This document shows, in pieces, positions 61,031 to 64,000 of a stretch of DNA of 64,000 nt. How positions within the stretch are numbered: the first letter of the stretch is position 1; every line of letters starts with the position of its first letter. Made by a program: the position numbers and the translations under genes. The DNA is taken from positions 33,794-97,793 of the forward strand of contig DASXFK010000089.1 in the NCBI GenBank assembly GCA_036489635.1, in the 5' to 3' direction. Under the pieces are notes generated by a model. The model was not told the origin of the DNA and ran no database searches. It saw nothing but the letters and a program-made list of their open reading frames with translations. The DNA is from Rhizomicrobium sp. Lineage in GTDB: Bacteria; Pseudomonadota; Alphaproteobacteria; Micropepsales; Micropepsaceae.

Positions 61031-61771
61031 ATGCGCTTACAGGGAAAAACGGCGATTGTAACGGGTGGAGCATCCGGCTTCGGCGAAGGCATCGCGCGCC
61101 GTTTTGCAGAAGAAGGTGCGCACGTTGTCATCGCGGATATCAACGAAGATGCCGCGCAAGGCCTGGCGCGCGATCTGGGAGCGCTCGCCGTCCGCGCCGA
61201 TGTCTCCAAATCCGCGGACGTTGCGGCGCTCGCGGAAGCAGCGACGGCAAAATTCGGCGGCATCGATATTCTGGTGAATAATGCCGGTGTCGGTCACAGA
61301 CCGCAGCCGCTCGATACGCTGCCGGAAGAGACATTCGACCGCATTGTGGCGGTGAACGCAAAATCCGTGTTCCTGACCGCGCACTATATCGTGCCGCGCA
61401 TGAAGGCGAAAAATCGTGGTGCGATTTTGAATATCGCATCGACCGGCGGCGTCAGTCCGCGCCCCAACCTGACATGGTACAACGCCTCGAAGGGCTGGAT
61501 GATCACGGCAACGCGCGGCATGGCCGTGGAACTCGCTCCGTTCGGCATTCGCGTCAACGCGCTCAACCCGGTTGCCGGCGAGACACCGTTGCTCGCCACA
61601 TTCATGGGCGAGGACACGCCCGAAATCCGGGCGAAATTCCTGGCCTCAATTCCGCTGGGCCGCTTTTCCACGCCGCAGGACATCGCGGCGGCAGCCTGCT
61701 TTCTTTGCAGCGAGGAAGCATCCATGATTACTGGCGTAGCCTTGGAGGTGGACGGTGGACGCTGCATTTGA
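61031..61771 (+). CDS. SDR oxidoreductase (FabG-like)
   Basis: Start MRLQGK after AGGA; TGGASGFG, NNAG, YNASK, VDGGR. Confidence 0.92.
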   Translation: MRLQGKTAIVTGGASGFGEGIARRFAEEGAHVVIADINEDAAQGLARDLGALAVRADVSKSADVAALAEAATAKFGGIDILVNNAGVGHRPQPLDTLPEETFDRIVAVNAKSVFLTAHYIVPRMKAKNRGAILNIASTGGVSPRPNLTWYNASKGWMITATRGMAVELAPFGIRVNALNPVAGETPLLATFMGEDTPEIRAKFLASIPLGRFSTPQDIAAAACFLCSEEASMITGVALEVDGGRCI

Positions 61772-61789
61772 CCGAGAGGATTTCCTGCC

Positions 61790-63088
61790 ATGAATGCGCC
61801 CTTTGCCTCCAACCGCGTCGAGTCGGTGTTGCGTGAGATCGAAGCGCGCGAAGGCGAAATCGTAGCGCTGACGCAGGATCTGATTCGCTTTCCCACCGTC
61901 AATCCGCCGGGAGAAGCGTATCGTCCTTGTGCGGAATATCTTGGCAACCGGCTTGCCCGGCACGGATTCAATGTCGAATACGTGCGTGCGGAAGGAACGC
62001 CAGGCGACAGTGACGCTTATCCGCGCATCAACGTTATCGCGCGGCGGGACGGCGCGGGCAAAGGGCCGTGCGTTCATTTCAACGGCCATCTCGATGTCGT
62101 GCAAACGGGCGCGGGCTGGACGGTCGAGCCGTTCGGCGGCGTGGTCAAGGACGGAAAGGTGTACGGCCGCGGCGCCTGCGACATGAAGGGCGGTCTTGCC
62201 GCTGCCGTAGTCGCGGTGGAAGCGATGATCGATTCCGGTCTCGAACTTCCCGGCGCAATCGAAATTTCCGGGACCGTCGATGAAGAGTCAGGTGGCTACG
62301 GTGGCGTGGCTTATCTTGCCGAGCGCGGTTGGTTTTCAAAGCCGCGCGTCGATCACGTCATCATTCCCGAGCCGTTGAACGTCGACCGCGTTTGCATCGG
62401 TCATCGCGGCGTGTGGTGGGCGGAAATCGAAACGCTGGGGCGCATGGCGCACGGCTCGATGCCATTCCTGGGCGACAGCGCCATTCGCCACATGAGCGCC
62501 GTGCTCGAGAAATTCGAGCGTGAACTTTACCCCCTGCTCGCCTCGCACCATTCCGATATGCCGGTCGTGCCCGACGGCGCGCGGCAATCGACGATGAACA
62601 TCAACTCCATCCACGGTGGTGAGAAGGAATCCTTCAAGGGATTGCCCGCCCCTTGCGTGGCGGATTCCTGTCGCATCGTGATCGACCGCCGTTTCCTGAT
62701 CGAAGAAGCGCTGTCTACCGTGCAGAACGAAGTGAAGGACCTGCTGGAGCGGCTGCGCGCCGAAAGGCCCGGCTTCCGCTACACATTGCGCGAACTGTTC
62801 AGCGTCGAGCCTTCAATGGCCGATCGCGACGGTCCCGTCGCTTCGGCAACGGCGAAGGCCATCCGGCGCATTCTTGACAAGGAAGCACAGATCATTTGCT
62901 CCCCGGGCACTTACGACCAGAAACACGTCGATCGCATCGGCCGGCTGAAGGATTGCATCGCCTATGGGCCCGGTGTTCTGGATTTGGCGCATCAGCCTGA
63001 TGAGTGGGTTGGAATTGCAGACATGGTGAATTCGGCCAAAGTAATGGCCGTCGCAACGCTGGATCTTTTGACGCGCGGCTGTCCGTGA
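61790..63088 (+). CDS. M20 ArgE/DapE-family deacylase
   Basis: FNGHLDVV, GRGACDMKGG, VDEESGG, IPEP, AHGS, AHQPDE. Confidence 0.92.
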   Translation: MNAPFASNRVESVLREIEAREGEIVALTQDLIRFPTVNPPGEAYRPCAEYLGNRLARHGFNVEYVRAEGTPGDSDAYPRINVIARRDGAGKGPCVHFNGHLDVVQTGAGWTVEPFGGVVKDGKVYGRGACDMKGGLAAAVVAVEAMIDSGLELPGAIEISGTVDEESGGYGGVAYLAERGWFSKPRVDHVIIPEPLNVDRVCIGHRGVWWAEIETLGRMAHGSMPFLGDSAIRHMSAVLEKFERELYPLLASHHSDMPVVPDGARQSTMNINSIHGGEKESFKGLPAPCVADSCRIVIDRRFLIEEALSTVQNEVKDLLERLRAERPGFRYTLRELFSVEPSMADRDGPVASATAKAIRRILDKEAQIICSPGTYDQKHVDRIGRLKDCIAYGPGVLDLAHQPDEWVGIADMVNSAKVMAVATLDLLTRGCP

Positions 63089-63131
63089 ACTTCAATCGCG
63101 AATGTCGCGATGATCTAGGGAGTGTTGTTTC

Positions 63132-64000
63132 ATGAATCGCCGCACTGTGATCGCCGCGCTTTCCGCCAGTACCGCAGCGTTGGGCGCGCGTCCGCTCATC
63201 GCCCTTGCACAGGGAAAGGCGACCGGGTCCGGCGCCTCGGGTCCCCGCAACCTGATAACCGACGTTCCAGGCTTGCAAATCGGCCAAGCGGACGATCCCA
63301 AAGCGCGCACAGGCGTCACCGTCATTCTTCCCGACGACAGAGCGACCTGCGCCGTCGATGTGCGCGGTGGTGGACCCGGCACGCGCGAGACGGACGCGCT
63401 CAATTCGTGGAATCTCGTGCACTCGGTCGATGCGGTCGTGCTGTCGGGTGGGTCGGTCTACGGCTTGGCGGCCGCCGATGGCGCCGCCTCGTGGCTCGGT
63501 GCGCATGATCGCGGTTTTGCCATGATCCCATCGCCCGGCGTTCCGCGCTCGCCGATCGTACCGGCGGCAATTCTCTACGATCTGGCAAATCACGGCGACA
63601 AGAATTGGGGCATCAATCCGCCTTATCGCGATCTGGGAATTCAGGCGATCGAAAAGGCTTCGCGCGACTTCAAACTCGGCACGGCCGGCGCGGGGTACGG
63701 CGCGGAATCCGGAGGCATTAAGGGCGGAATCGGTTCAGCATCGTTCGTCACGGCGGACGGCATGACCGTTGGCGCAATCGTGGCAGTCAACAGCCTGGGT
63801 TCGACCGTGGTCCCGGGCGGCAAACATTTCTGGGCAGGCCCCTTTGAAGTCGGCAACGAGTTCGGCGGCCTCGGCGCCAGCAGCGCGCGGGTCGCAAGCG
63901 AGGATTGGGGGCGGATCAAGGCCCATCCAAGTCCCCGCGCCAACACGACCATCGCCTGCATCGCCACGGACGTCGAACTTGATATCGACGAGATGAAACG
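63132..64000 (+). CDS. P1/S58-family (DmpA-like) aminopeptidase, probably Tat-exported; truncated by the window end
   Basis: Missing from the ORF track because there is no stop; MNRRTVIAAL signal, NLITDVPG, DVRGGGPGTRET, SGGSVYGL, KGGIGSAS, NTTIA. Confidence 0.88.
   Translation, partial: MNRRTVIAALSASTAALGARPLIALAQGKATGSGASGPRNLITDVPGLQIGQADDPKARTGVTVILPDDRATCAVDVRGGGPGTRETDALNSWNLVHSVDAVVLSGGSVYGLAAADGAASWLGAHDRGFAMIPSPGVPRSPIVPAAILYDLANHGDKNWGINPPYRDLGIQAIEKASRDFKLGTAGAGYGAESGGIKGGIGSASFVTADGMTVGAIVAVNSLGSTVVPGGKHFWAGPFEVGNEFGGLGASSARVASEDWGRIKAHPSPRANTTIACIATDVELDIDEMK

Overview
GC-rich bacterial chromosomal DNA, probably alphaproteobacterial (inferred from gene content and promoter motifs). 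About 43 tightly packed protein genes; I found no rRNA, tRNA, CRISPR array, integrase or transposase. In order: a caa3-type heme-copper oxidase operon led by a trihaem cytochrome c; a LuxR regulator opposite a secreted protein; a YadA-like trimeric autotransporter; a three-subunit gluconate 2-dehydrogenase-like complex; a GH39-GH144-flavoprotein-SDR operon; a Crp/Fnr regulator divergent from a pentapeptide-repeat protein, a large peptidase/propeller/barrel outer-membrane protein and a PrsW protease; a TetR-controlled TonB-receptor catabolic locus; a 1960-aa TpsA/GLUG exoprotein; mobA-fdhD facing an FdhF/YdeP molybdoenzyme; tricorn protease; leuB; and a LysR/TonB receptor/ALDH/SDR/M20/DmpA-like locus cut by the window end. 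Best candidates for undescribed biology: (1) the 21.1-27.0 kb Crp + 37x(ASR-XX) repeat protein + outer-membrane metallopeptidase + PrsW module; (2) an A-family-like oxidase subunit I lacking both the D-channel Glu (GHPWVY) and the K-channel Lys while keeping all metal ligands; (3) a disulfide-reductase-family flavoprotein with both redox Cys replaced by Ser inside a glycoside hydrolase operon. All product calls are motif recognition by eye; no database search was run.
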